A stretch of 64,000 nucleotides of DNA. It comes from Guillardia theta CCMP2712. Taxonomy: Eukaryota > Protista > Cryptophyta. How positions within the stretch are numbered: the stretch's first letter is position 1; each line of letters starts with the position of its first letter. Shown piece by piece: positions 54,302-64,000 of the stretch. The stretch lies in the NCBI RefSeq assembly GCF_000315625.1, contig NW_005434673.1, positions 396,270-460,269 of the forward strand, in the 5' to 3' direction. Made by a program: the position numbers and the translations under genes. The notes under the pieces are model-generated. The model was not told the DNA's origin. It searched no databases and worked only from the letters and a program-made list of their open reading frames with translations.

Positions 54302-54958
54302 ATGGCCGGAGGGAAGGGGGGGAGGGAGGAGGAGATGAAGGAGAATGAGCTGAGGGAAGAGAACCAAGACTCAGGAGATGGGATGGAAGACCCTGAAACC
54401 GTCTTCTGTGACAACAGCGCGGGCCGAAGAGGGCGCATAATATGCGACGCCAAGTATCCACATCAAGTGCTGCATGTGGACGGCAGGGCGGCAGCTCTTG
54501 GTGGTCAAGGGGAGAGTGCTTTCCTGGGAAGGAGGCTGGCAAGGTGTCTGAATATGATAGTCTACCGAAACAGAGGTGCTTGTGCCCCCGATGCGAACAG
54601 TGACTTTGAGAACTTGATCACCGATTGCATTCAAGAGGGCAAAGCAGTGGTGTTGAACTGCGCGGAAAATGAGATCTGCAAGACTCTATGTGTTCTCCCA
54701 ACCACGTCAGCAGATATGCGATCGGTGGATATCTTAATGTATCCGACTTGCTTGTCATTGGACTCCTGCGGCTCCTGCAAGAAAAAGACGGCACTCACTA
54801 AACGTCAGATTTCGTTCAATCACCAACAAGAGAAACTGAATACGATATTTGGAGACCATTGCACGCGGACGCTCAGCGCGGCATTTGATGACAGGGAACT
54901 ATATTCAAAGAATAACGAAGTTGTACATACTGGAAGAAGTGTTTCAAGCACGAATTAG
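54302..54958 (+). CDS. Intronless hypothetical protein with a possible degenerate PAS-like domain
   Basis: 218-aa ORF. RIICDAKYPHQVLHVDGRAAALGGQGESAFLGRRL resembles PAS N-terminal strands. Confidence 0.45.
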   Translation: MAGGKGGREEEMKENELREENQDSGDGMEDPETVFCDNSAGRRGRIICDAKYPHQVLHVDGRAAALGGQGESAFLGRRLARCLNMIVYRNRGACAPDANSDFENLITDCIQEGKAVVLNCAENEICKTLCVLPTTSADMRSVDILMYPTCLSLDSCGSCKKKTALTKRQISFNHQQEKLNTIFGDHCTRTLSAAFDDRELYSKNNEVVHTGRSVSSTN

Positions 54959-55315
54959 AGATGGCGAAATCCGTCGAGGTGTAAATGGTGGGGTTTCGGC
55001 AGCAGGCATTTTTTTTTCTTTGATCTAGCTTCTTCTTCATTGTTGTGGTTCAGATGCAACTGGAGTCTAATTTCTGATTTACTATGATGCAATATCTCAT
55101 CATCGTACAGATCTGCAATTTTCTTGCTTTCACCTTCGATCTGTCCGTTATGGTTTAATTTACATTCCGAGTGATAAAGATGGCTGAATTGAAAGACACC
55201 TGTCTCTTCTTCGCTCTTTCATCTCAACACACCACACCCGAGTGATGTCTCGATCTTGATCCTACTTCTAGTCAGCTCCATATCTTGAAACTTCCAGACG
55301 CGTTCGAAAAAAAGG

Positions 55316-58300
55316 CTAGTCCGAGTGCTCTGCGCCTTCTTCCTCCTCAGGAAAGGACTCCAGCGTCTTCATCTCTCTTTTCCGCTCCCTCTTCTGAAAC
55401 CCCTCTCTTCTAACTTCATCAATGCCTGCCTCCTCAGGAACAATCTCCTCCTCACGGCTGGGCTCCTCATTCCCCTGCTCGCTAACGTTCGCAACGTCGC
55501 GTTCTCCTTCGAGGAGTTCTTCTCCTCTGTCCGACTTTTGGTCGGAGCTGCTTCGGCTGCTTCTTTCCTCCTCCTCTTCTCCTTCTTGAGGCTCGTACGC
55601 AGCCCACGCAAGCAGGATCTCCACCAGTCTACCTGCAAGCACATGGAGTCAGAGTCGACAGTGACAGTCCAGTGCTCGTCACGTCGCTGCGCCCTCGATC
55701 TGAACATCTTCTGTAGGGTAGTCTCCCTCCCCATCTCTGCGCACTGGAACCAGGCAATGAAGATCATCGCCATGTCCCTGTCTTGTCGCTTCTTGCGGAA
55801 CAGCTTCATCATGTCCCACTTGGGCCCCTGCTTGCTCAAGTGAGCAACGAGACTGAGTGCACTGATTCACATGCTTCAAGACCTCGAAAGCATCATTCTT
55901 CCATGCGTCATAGCTGTCTCGCAATCTTGTATCAATCAACATCCCCAGCACTCGCTTCATCGTCCTGCCGGCACTAGCAGTTACTTCTCCCCCCACTCCT
56001 TTCCCCTCTCCTCCTTGCGAGACGGATCACCTCCTGGCGTACTCCTCGTTCCTCCACTCCTCCCAAGAGTCCCACATCTTGACACGTCAGACAAGTATCA
56101 TCAGTCAGAGCTGGGTGGCGCGGGATGGGGGACCTTAGCTAGCAGGTCGACGTTGCGGTTGTGGAAGATGGACTGAAAGAAGTTGCGAATCTCATAGTTC
56201 CTGACGATGAACATCTGCCACGCCCGCAGAGCCCTGGGAGGGAAGTGATGAGATAACAAGACGGCGAACATGAGAGGGAGGGAGGGAGGGAGGGAGGGAG
56301 GAAGAAGCAAGAACAGGAATCAACCAGAAAGGTGGGAGAAAAGGAGGTAGGGAGCAGAAGAGGCAAATCACATTGCAAGCGAGCGATTGAGCCATCTGTT
56401 CTTCAACAAGTTTGTGAACTTATCTCTGTCAAGGTTGATCTAGCTCAAACGTTAGGGAACAGAGAATAGAAGGATGCTGCAATAGCAGAGGTTCTACCTG
56501 TTTGTTCCTCTCCCATTTCTTCATCCACTCAGCTTCCTGTCAAGACCGATCTAAGAGAGGAGAAAGGAGGAGGAGGAGGAGGAGCCATCTGTTGACCTGA
56601 GCTTGAAACTCCCGCGCCTGCTTATCCTCGAGGTATCGATTCAGGAGCGCCCTTTCTCGTCCAACGTTGCATGCTGCATCGATGATGACGCAGGCGGCCA
56701 GCGCCTTGCCGGACATCCATGCTCCTTCTACCGAGCACTCGGTGATCCAATCCCCTGCTACACCGATGCCGTTGCCTACAGGAAGGGGTTCACAGGGTGT
56801 TCGGTGGGGGGGTGAAGAAAACTGAGAGGAAGGAACGAGAGAGAAGAGAAAGGGGAGGAGGGAAAGAGAGGGAAAGGATCGGCAGGATGTGGAGGGGGAG
56901 AGAGAGGAGGAGGAAAGACCTGCATCGAAGAGGCAGTACTTCCTCTCCGGCGCAAAGAGCTTCATGTCCATTGCCGACGCGTTGTTTAGCATCGAGCCCG
57001 GCAGGCCTGCAAGTTCCGCATGCTCCCACAGAGACGCTTGAACGTGCGATGGCGTGTGGGCACGCACGTTGATTTCCGTCTCCTCCATATTCGCGCCGGC
57101 TAAGGCTAGAGGGAGGAAAATCTGCAAGAATAATCAGGGCAGCATGAAGGGAGGAGGGAGGAGGGAGGAGGGAGGAGGGAGGAGGGAGGAGGGAGAAAGA
57201 GAAGAGGAGGAGGGAAGAAGAGGAGGGAAGAAGAATAAGAAGCAGGGGAGGAAGCAAGATCAACCTCTGCCGTCTTCTCAGCCACATGGTTGGGGCTCGC
57301 ATCTCGATTCATGTTCGACCACGAGGAGGACAGGACTATCATCCAAACATACGTGAGACTCTTAGTGCTGCTGCGGTTCCCTCCTGCTTCTCCTGCTCCT
57401 CCCGCTCCTCCCGCTCCTCCACCACTCCCCTTCTTCTGCGACCTGAGGTACTCCGCCTCTGCCGTGATATCCCAGAAGCTGACGATCTGGGGGTCACCGA
57501 GCTGAAACGCCTCCTCCTCCTCCTGCTCTGCGTCCCTCTTGGTTCTCCTTCGCTGCTGCTCATGGCGGTGCCGCCGGTACCTCTGCAACGCATCGTTGAG
57601 GGTTTTGCGAGAAAGACGGCTGCTCCCCTCCTCTTCCTCTGCGAGGAAGTCGAGGAGCAGTTCGATCTCCTCCTCCAGATAGCCCAGCATTGACAACTTG
57701 GAGGCGATGGAAGAGATCTCGATGAAGGTCGTTTCATCCTCCTCCTCCTCCTCTCTCTCCCCCCTTCTCTCTCCTGAAACCTCCTGACGTTGCTTTCGCC
57801 CTCCCTCCCTTTCCTCCGTCCACTCCAGCAGCATGTGGAAGAGGTCTTCGATGGAGGTCTCGAGGTCGAAGGGGGTCAGCGAGGCTCTGCCTGGAGCAGC
57901 AGCGGGAGGGCTGGGCTGAAACACGTCCTCCTGCATCATCCGCGCATAGATATCTCGCTCGAGGGCAGGGAGGTGAAACGAGCCCTGAGGAAGGAGAGAG
58001 ATATCTTAAGGTTGAGAAGAGGAGGAGAGGGGAGGGGAGGGTTGGGAAGAGTGGGAGGATAGAGGAGCGGGAGATGGAGGAGGAGGAGGAGGAGGGAGGG
58101 CAGGGGAGCTAGGGAGCAGAGGATAGAGAGAAGGGCAGAACAGGTAGGAACGAGGAGGGTGAGGGGAAAAGGAGCATGACCTGAAGAGAGATGGGAGGGA
58201 GATGGTCGAACTCGATGGTGACAATCCATGCAGGAAGCATCTCACACTGAAAGCAAGATGAACGAGAGCTAGAGAAGCTGCAGCGAGAGGGGGGGAGATG

Positions 58301-61300
58301 GGGGGCCNNNNNNNNNNNNNNNNNNNNNNNNNNNNNNNNNNNNNNNNNNNNNNNNNNNNNNNNNNNNNNNNNNNNNNNNNNNNNNNNNNNNNNNNNNNNN
58401 NNNNNNNTCGGCCTCAGGATGCTGATCCCAGGATAGGATCGGACATGTCGGGCATTGTCTTGTCGCCTGTCATGGTCACCGGGGTGGCCTACCTAGTCCC
58501 TGAGGGTTTAGTCAAGTTTACCGTTCGCAAAATGGCGAAAGACTTTCTCCACGCTACGCATACATAGGACTACCGATTTCCAGGATGTCACGTGGCAATG
58601 TCCGGGCGGACAGGGGGGCAGGAGGACAGTAGAGAGGAGGGGATGGGAGGAAGGAGGATAGAGGAGAGGACGAAGAGAGAGGAGAGGGAGGAGGGGGAGG
58701 ACGCGGGAGAGGAGCAGAAGCTTGAGAAGAGCAAACCTTGCTCGCTGTCTTCATGATGAAAGATGACTTGGGATGAACTTTGTTGAGGATGTTAACAACA
58801 TCGCCCGGGGGTGTGCAGACACAGACATAGTCAAACTTCAAGTTTACAGCCTCCACGCCCAAGGCCGAACTTCGACGCCGATCGCCCGGCATGCCACTGC
58901 CACCTGCTCCCTCCTCCTGATCCTCCTGCTCCCTCCTCTCTCCCTCTGTACCTCCGTTGTCCTCCTGCTCCTCGCCCGCACGGACATTCCCACGTGACAT
59001 CTTGAAATCGGTAGTCTTATGCATGCGCAGCAGCGCGAGGGCCTCCGACGTCCTCTTGCCACCCGCGATGTCTTCCTCGTTCCCCATCATCTCCATCCTC
59101 CTCCGCTTCTCCTCCCCATCACTGCCCTGCTCCTCTCCCCCCCGTTTCTTCGGGGAGGAAGAGACCAGCTCGACCTCAAACTTGTCCTCTGCAAAATTCC
59201 TCCTCACATGGCGCACTTGACAACCCCGACGGACGTCCGACCCCTCCAGCATCGCATCCACCACCGTCTTCAGCTGCGGTTTCCCCGCAAACAGCAGCGT
59301 GCTCTCCCCCATCCCCCGCGACGCCTGCGCGCGCTCAAACCCCCCTGGATGAGCGAAGCGATGGAGGTATGGCCTGCATGCTACATCAATTCCCTGCTCC
59401 CAGCTCTTGTCTTGCTCTTCCTCGTTGTCTATGTGATCCATTCACGTCTCCTTCATCTGCTGTTCCTCTCACTCGCGTCTTTCCTCGTCTCCTCTCTTCC
59501 CAAATCATTATTCTTCTATCCTCCTCCTCCTCCTCCTCCTCCTCCTCTCCTCCTCTCCTCCTCCTTTACCCTGTGATGTCGAAGTCTCCGATGCCGCTGC
59601 TTGACTCAGTGGACGTTGACTCCAGGAGGGCGCGGAGGTTGTCGACCGCTCGAGCCAGCTGAACGAGCTCGGGGCCAGACAAGATGCCCCTGAAAGTGCA
59701 TGAGCCATTGCCGGGCAATGCAAATGCAGCTGAGAGGTGGACTAAAGAGAAGGAGGAGGAGGAGGAGGACAAAGAGGAGAAGGATTGGGGGGGGAGGAGG
59801 AGGATAAAGAGGAGGAGGAGGGGGGGGGATCGTGGTGGTGATGGTGGGCAAGTCGTTACTCTTCTTTTGCTCTTTGGTAATCTTGCTCAGCGCGTTGAAG
59901 CGCGAGACCTGTCTTCACGTCAGGATGGAGGAGGAGGAGGAGAGGAGGAGGAGAGGAGGAGGAGAGGAGGAGGAGAGGAGGAGAGGATGAGGAGGAGGAG
60001 GAGGAGGAGGAGGAGGAGGAGGAGGAGAAGGCGAAGGAGGAGGAGGAGGAGGAGGAGGAGGAGACTGTGGCTGCTTACCGGCATCGGAGGGAGTCTCAAG
60101 CATGCGATCCCACATGAAGCCGGAGATGCGATCAGCATGAGGCCCTCCGCTCAAGCTCTCCCCGTCCTTAGGCCCCATACGGATGTACCTGTCACAGCAG
60201 ATGAGAAGGCGGGGAGAGGGAGAGAGGAAGATGAGGACGAAGCTGCTGCTCCTGCTGCTGCTGCTGCTGCTGGTGGTGGTGGAAGTGTTGGTGGAGGTGT
60301 TGATGGTGGTTGTGATAGCGATAGTGATGTTGATGAGATTTTCTCACTCTCGTGCAGCTGACAGCACGTAGGGGTTCGACAGGTTGAGAGGAAACGCGTC
60401 AAGCCTGTAGCTCTTTCCCGTCGTCTCCGTCATCCCGATGGCTCGAGAGGACCCGAAAGGGACGACGATCCCTTTTCTCACCCACTTGTCCACCTGCTCC
60501 CTAAACTCTCCTCCAACCGCGCTGAAGAAGCGGCAGCCGGAGAAAGAGTGTCCTCCACCAATCTTGTGCTTCACGCTCCTGACCCTCCCCCCTGTCTCCT
60601 CCCCGGCCTCGAAGACCGTCACTCGGATCCCAGAGTTCTCTCCCTTCCTGCTCAGGTACGCTGCGCACGAGGCCCCCGCTATCCCTCCTCCGATCACCGC
60701 CACGTGCACCAGGCTTTCCCTGCTGGGGGGCCGGCGGAACTTGGGATGGGCGGGAAGGGAATGAGGGAAGTGCTCATACATCTCGTCGCTGATCAGCACA
60801 TCCTCCCTTGCGATCTCCTCTCCTGCGGGTGGGCCTCCCCCCATGCCCTCCCAGTACTCCGGCGGCTCCTTCCCTTGCTCAACCCAGCGGACGCTGATGT
60901 ACTCGTTCACTTTGATGAGCCTGGACGGGGAGGAACATCAGTCCCTAGAGCATGCGGCCAAGGAAGGGGATCAGCAGCAAGAGTAAGGAGAGGAGAAAGA
61001 AAACAAGAAGCGGAGAGGTATACCAAGAAAAGAGGGGGGTCAAGGGGAGAGGAAAAATCGAAACTGACCTGCGGACAAAATTTCCCACCCAATCCGCACA
61101 AGCGTCCAGCTCAAACTGGTTGGAAGTTCTTCCCACCCAGACCCAAAGCAGCGAGTCTCTGAGCTCTAGGAAGGAGTAGGAGGAAGGATCCTTACGAGGG
61201 TCCCCGGAGGAGTTGAGGAGGATGAAAGTGTCCTACGAAAGTGGATAAGACGCTGGCCACAGCTCGTCCAACAGACTCACCCCGCTGTTGAGCGACTTCC

Positions 61301-62780
61301 ACGTGGGGCTCATCCACTCAAGCCGAACGTCGAGAGCTGCTCCTTTGAATCTTCCCAGCTTCCTTCCCCTTGATAGACACGTCATTCGACAGCAGGGAAC
61401 TCTCGTCAGAGGGCATACGTCGGAGGAGGAGGCTGGATTGATTTTGACAACCTGTACGCCAAGCTCTTGTTCCAAATGTGGTTGACGTTCGCTTGTATCA
61501 TGCACCTTGTCTTCATGGTCATTCTCTCGTTCAAACAGCTCGCAGCTTCATCTTCATCACCTTAGTCCGGTCAGGTACCAATGCTTCCCACCCTCGTCTC
61601 TCCGCAGCCTTAGCGTGAACCTGTTCTCCCGTCACCACAGCACACGTCCACGACCCTTGCCATGACCTCCCCTCGTTCAGGTTGACTGACATGGCATTCT
61701 TTTTTGTGTTCCTTGTCAACTTGACAATGTCGAACTCTCAGACAAGACAAGGAGGGTGAAAGCAGGACAGACCTCCACGTTCTCTTCAATGAAGTTGAAC
61801 GAGAATTCCTCCATCTCCTCGAAGTGTCCAGTCCACAATGCAACGTGCACTCCAGTGACCTGCTACAGGTGAACATCCCTGACTCCGTACTCCAGCGTTA
61901 CCGACACTTTGATGTCAACACCTTCAGGAAACTCTTTGGTGGACGGCATCGGCATCCCTTGAGTGGGGCGGTCGCCGAACCCGGAGTTTAAGTCCGCGTT
62001 GCCGATGTTGTCTTTCTCGGCTTTGTTCTTCTCTTCTCTCTTCTGTGACCTGAAGTTGAGCTCTGCCTCCAGCACCTCTCTGAGTTTAAACTTATGCTCC
62101 ACATATTCATCGAGCGTTGGGGCCCTCAGTTTGGCGGCAGGGATGAAATCAGGCCTTGATGCCATCATCTGCTGATGCTGCTTCAACGGTTCAGACGCGT
62201 CTTTACCCCAACAGAAGAAGGACCATGAGATCTTTCAAGTGCGATTCAGAGTTGGTGAGTTTCAAGCAACGTAGAACTCCTTCCTTGCCATCTGTGACGT
62301 AGTTTGCTCCGAGTTTGTGATCGTCCGCATAAGCGAACAGCCATGCATTACGCAGGTTACAAGCAGCTGCTTGCTCCTGTCAAGATATCAGGAGAAAGAC
62401 GATGTTGCTCCACTTGCTCAGATGGTAAGAGGCGGCACCTGCTCTGCTTGAAAGTAACTTTTTACCTCAGCCCCGTCTGTATTGGAATCCGGGAAGCCCA
62501 CAGGCTCCTTGGGTGACGTCAGAGTCTCGCAGCACCGCACGCTTATCGTCTTGAAGTCTCACTCACCTCGCTCAGGGGGATCTCCTCGCAGAACTCGTAC
62601 AGGTCTCCTATCTTCACCTGCCAGAAGCTCAGGCAGTCCCCGATACCAACGGGTGGTAACCATGAGCTTGGCACGGCGATGACGCCAACCATTACCAATG
62701 ATCATCCTCCTTGGCACAGGCTCCTTCAGACGTCACTTCCTCTCCTGCTCTGCTGCTTCCCCGCTCCCCTCCTGAGCAAC
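55316..62780 (-). CDS. Large multi-exon protein: gelsolin repeat, renalase-like FAD-dependent oxidoreductase and a C-terminal helical Trp-spaced region
   Basis: Spliced KSLNSG|DTFILL...LWVWVGRTSNQFE...VEQGKEPPEYWEGMGG; VAVIGGGIAGASCA...VTVFEAGEETGGR; FDYVCVCTP; GVAGDWITECSVEGAWMSG; ALRAWQMF, DSYDAWK. The gene spans a gap and its start is uncertain. Confidence 0.75.
58308..58407. other. Assembly gap (100 N)
   Basis: Run of N. Confidence 1.
59927..60062. repeat. (GGA)n imperfect intronic microsatellite
   Basis: Direct reading. Confidence 0.9.
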
Positions 62781-62983
62781 CATGGCCAGTCTTGATTGCT
62801 CAGTCCATGAAGGATCCCAACAACGGGTCAAACTTGTCAACGGCAGGTCAAATGGCGTCTCGCTAAAAACTCTAAAAAATAGAGTAGGGTGGGGTAAATT
62901 CAGTACGGGTTAATTTATAAATCCAGACAACAGGAAAGTATCGGGTAGGGTAGTCTTGACCTGAGGAATAGGTACATCAAAGA

Positions 62984-64000
62984 ATGAAGGGAGCAGTGGG
63001 CATCCATGGCAGTGATCGAGCAGGACCAAGGAAGATATGCTGGCGCTTAGGGCAAGATGCATGTTTGATGCGTCTAGCGACAACTCTGATGTATCCTAGA
63101 AGCATGTTTGATGCGTCTGGCGACAACTCTGATGTATCCTAGAAGCATGTTTGATGCGTGTAGCGACAACTCTGATGTATCCTAGAAGCATTTTTGATGC
63201 GTCTAGCGACAACTCTGATGTATCCTAGAAGCATGTTTGATGCGTCTAGCGACAACTCTGATGTATCCTAGAAGCATGTTTGATGCGTCTGGCGACAACT
63301 CTGATGGTCATCGCTGAGATCTTTCTTTGCAGCTTCAAAGGATGTCGGCCGCCTTCGAACTTGCCCGCACCTCAGAGGAAGAGCGAATTCAGGACCTCTC
63401 CATTTCCAGCTCGATCAAGACCTTGCAGGGCCTGGTGCTGCAGCTCACCTCGCACCTGTGAGCATCGAGGTCTGACATCTTAGCAGACTTCCACGATCAT
63501 TCCGGAGGCGAAGAAGAAACAGGTCACAGCTCCTCAAGAGCCCTTCTTCGGAGTCGGACTTTCCGTGTCTCACAAGACTCTGGTGAGTGAAGGCGCAATG
63601 CTACGTGACTTGACGTTGTGTGCTCAGCAAGTTGAGGATGTCGTGCAAGGCTGGGCCTCTGCAAGCTGCGGGCTGATCTGCGTCGGCGACCGGCTGTTGT
63701 CTATCGATGGGAGGGAGGTCGAAGACATTGAAGATGTCAAACGACTCATACCCGGGAGGTTGATAGCAACCCTAGAGCACAACAAGATGTGAGCGCGTGT
63801 CAGGTTGGGAACGTATGTGATAGTTGAGCTCTCGCGCATCGAGGGGGAGTTGAACAAAACATTCAAGGTACTTTTCGGACGTGTCAGCTCCTAAGACTTG
63901 TTGACACCCATCCAGGTCGAACTGATGCGAGGGAATCCTACTTTTCTGGAGGTTTATGAGAAGCATGGGCAACTTCTTTATCAAAACGAGAAATTGTATG
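62984..64000 (+). CDS. PDZ-domain protein, 5' part; runs off the window
   Basis: FFGVGLSVSHKTL|QVEDVVQGWASASCGLICVGDRLLSIDGREVEDIEDVKRLIPG|VGTYVIVELSR. Start uncertain. Confidence 0.7.
63059..63306. repeat. 43-bp minisatellite, about 5.7 copies, probably intronic
   Basis: atgtttgatgcgtctagcgacaactctgatgtatcctagaagc starts at 63061, 63104, 63147, 63190, 63233 and 63276. Confidence 0.95.

Noticed and set aside
58408-59035. Degenerate inverted repeat (about 58552-58635 versus 58950-59032) next to the second gap
   Set aside because: It sits at a contig end, has scattered mismatches and is preceded by scrambled-looking sequence, which is most consistent with a low-quality or chimeric read.
59684-60361. 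Poly-Arg/Glu/Pro ORFs here and at 45411-46118, 43989-44534 and 47859-48174
   Set aside because: These are translations of intronic or intergenic microsatellites.
63059-63306. CRISPR-like array
   Set aside because: The units are contiguous with no unique spacers, there are no cas genes, and the context is eukaryotic; it is a minisatellite.

Overview
Gene-dense eukaryotic nuclear DNA with many short spliceosomal introns (about 30-130 nt, CTGAC-like branch points, several GC-AG). Signal-peptide-plus-Phe bipartite presequences, several PDZ genes and purine/pyrimidine microsatellites in introns point to an alga with a red-derived complex plastid, most likely a cryptophyte such as Guillardia theta (inference). 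About 24 protein-coding loci are visible. No rRNA, tRNA or CRISPR array was found, and there are two 100-N gaps whose flanks look artefactual. The strongest leads are: (1) a plastid-targeted bacterial-type leucyl-tRNA synthetase with a complete RRM inserted in-frame, within one exon, at the start of its CP1 editing domain; (2) a large gene fusing a gelsolin repeat to a renalase-like FAD oxidoreductase; (3) an intact, intronless PIF/Harbinger-type transposase gene with a degenerate DDE triad and no visible element ends, a domestication candidate; (4) a PDZ protein whose coiled coil was built by tandem duplication of an exon-intron cassette carrying periodic HxxC motifs; (5) head-to-head paralogues sharing a 392-bp near-identical tract; and (6) two recurrent classes of upstream non-coding elements, GGGTRGG clusters and CCGG/TGAC/GATCGGA patches. 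Gene boundaries were inferred by eye and are approximate where noted.
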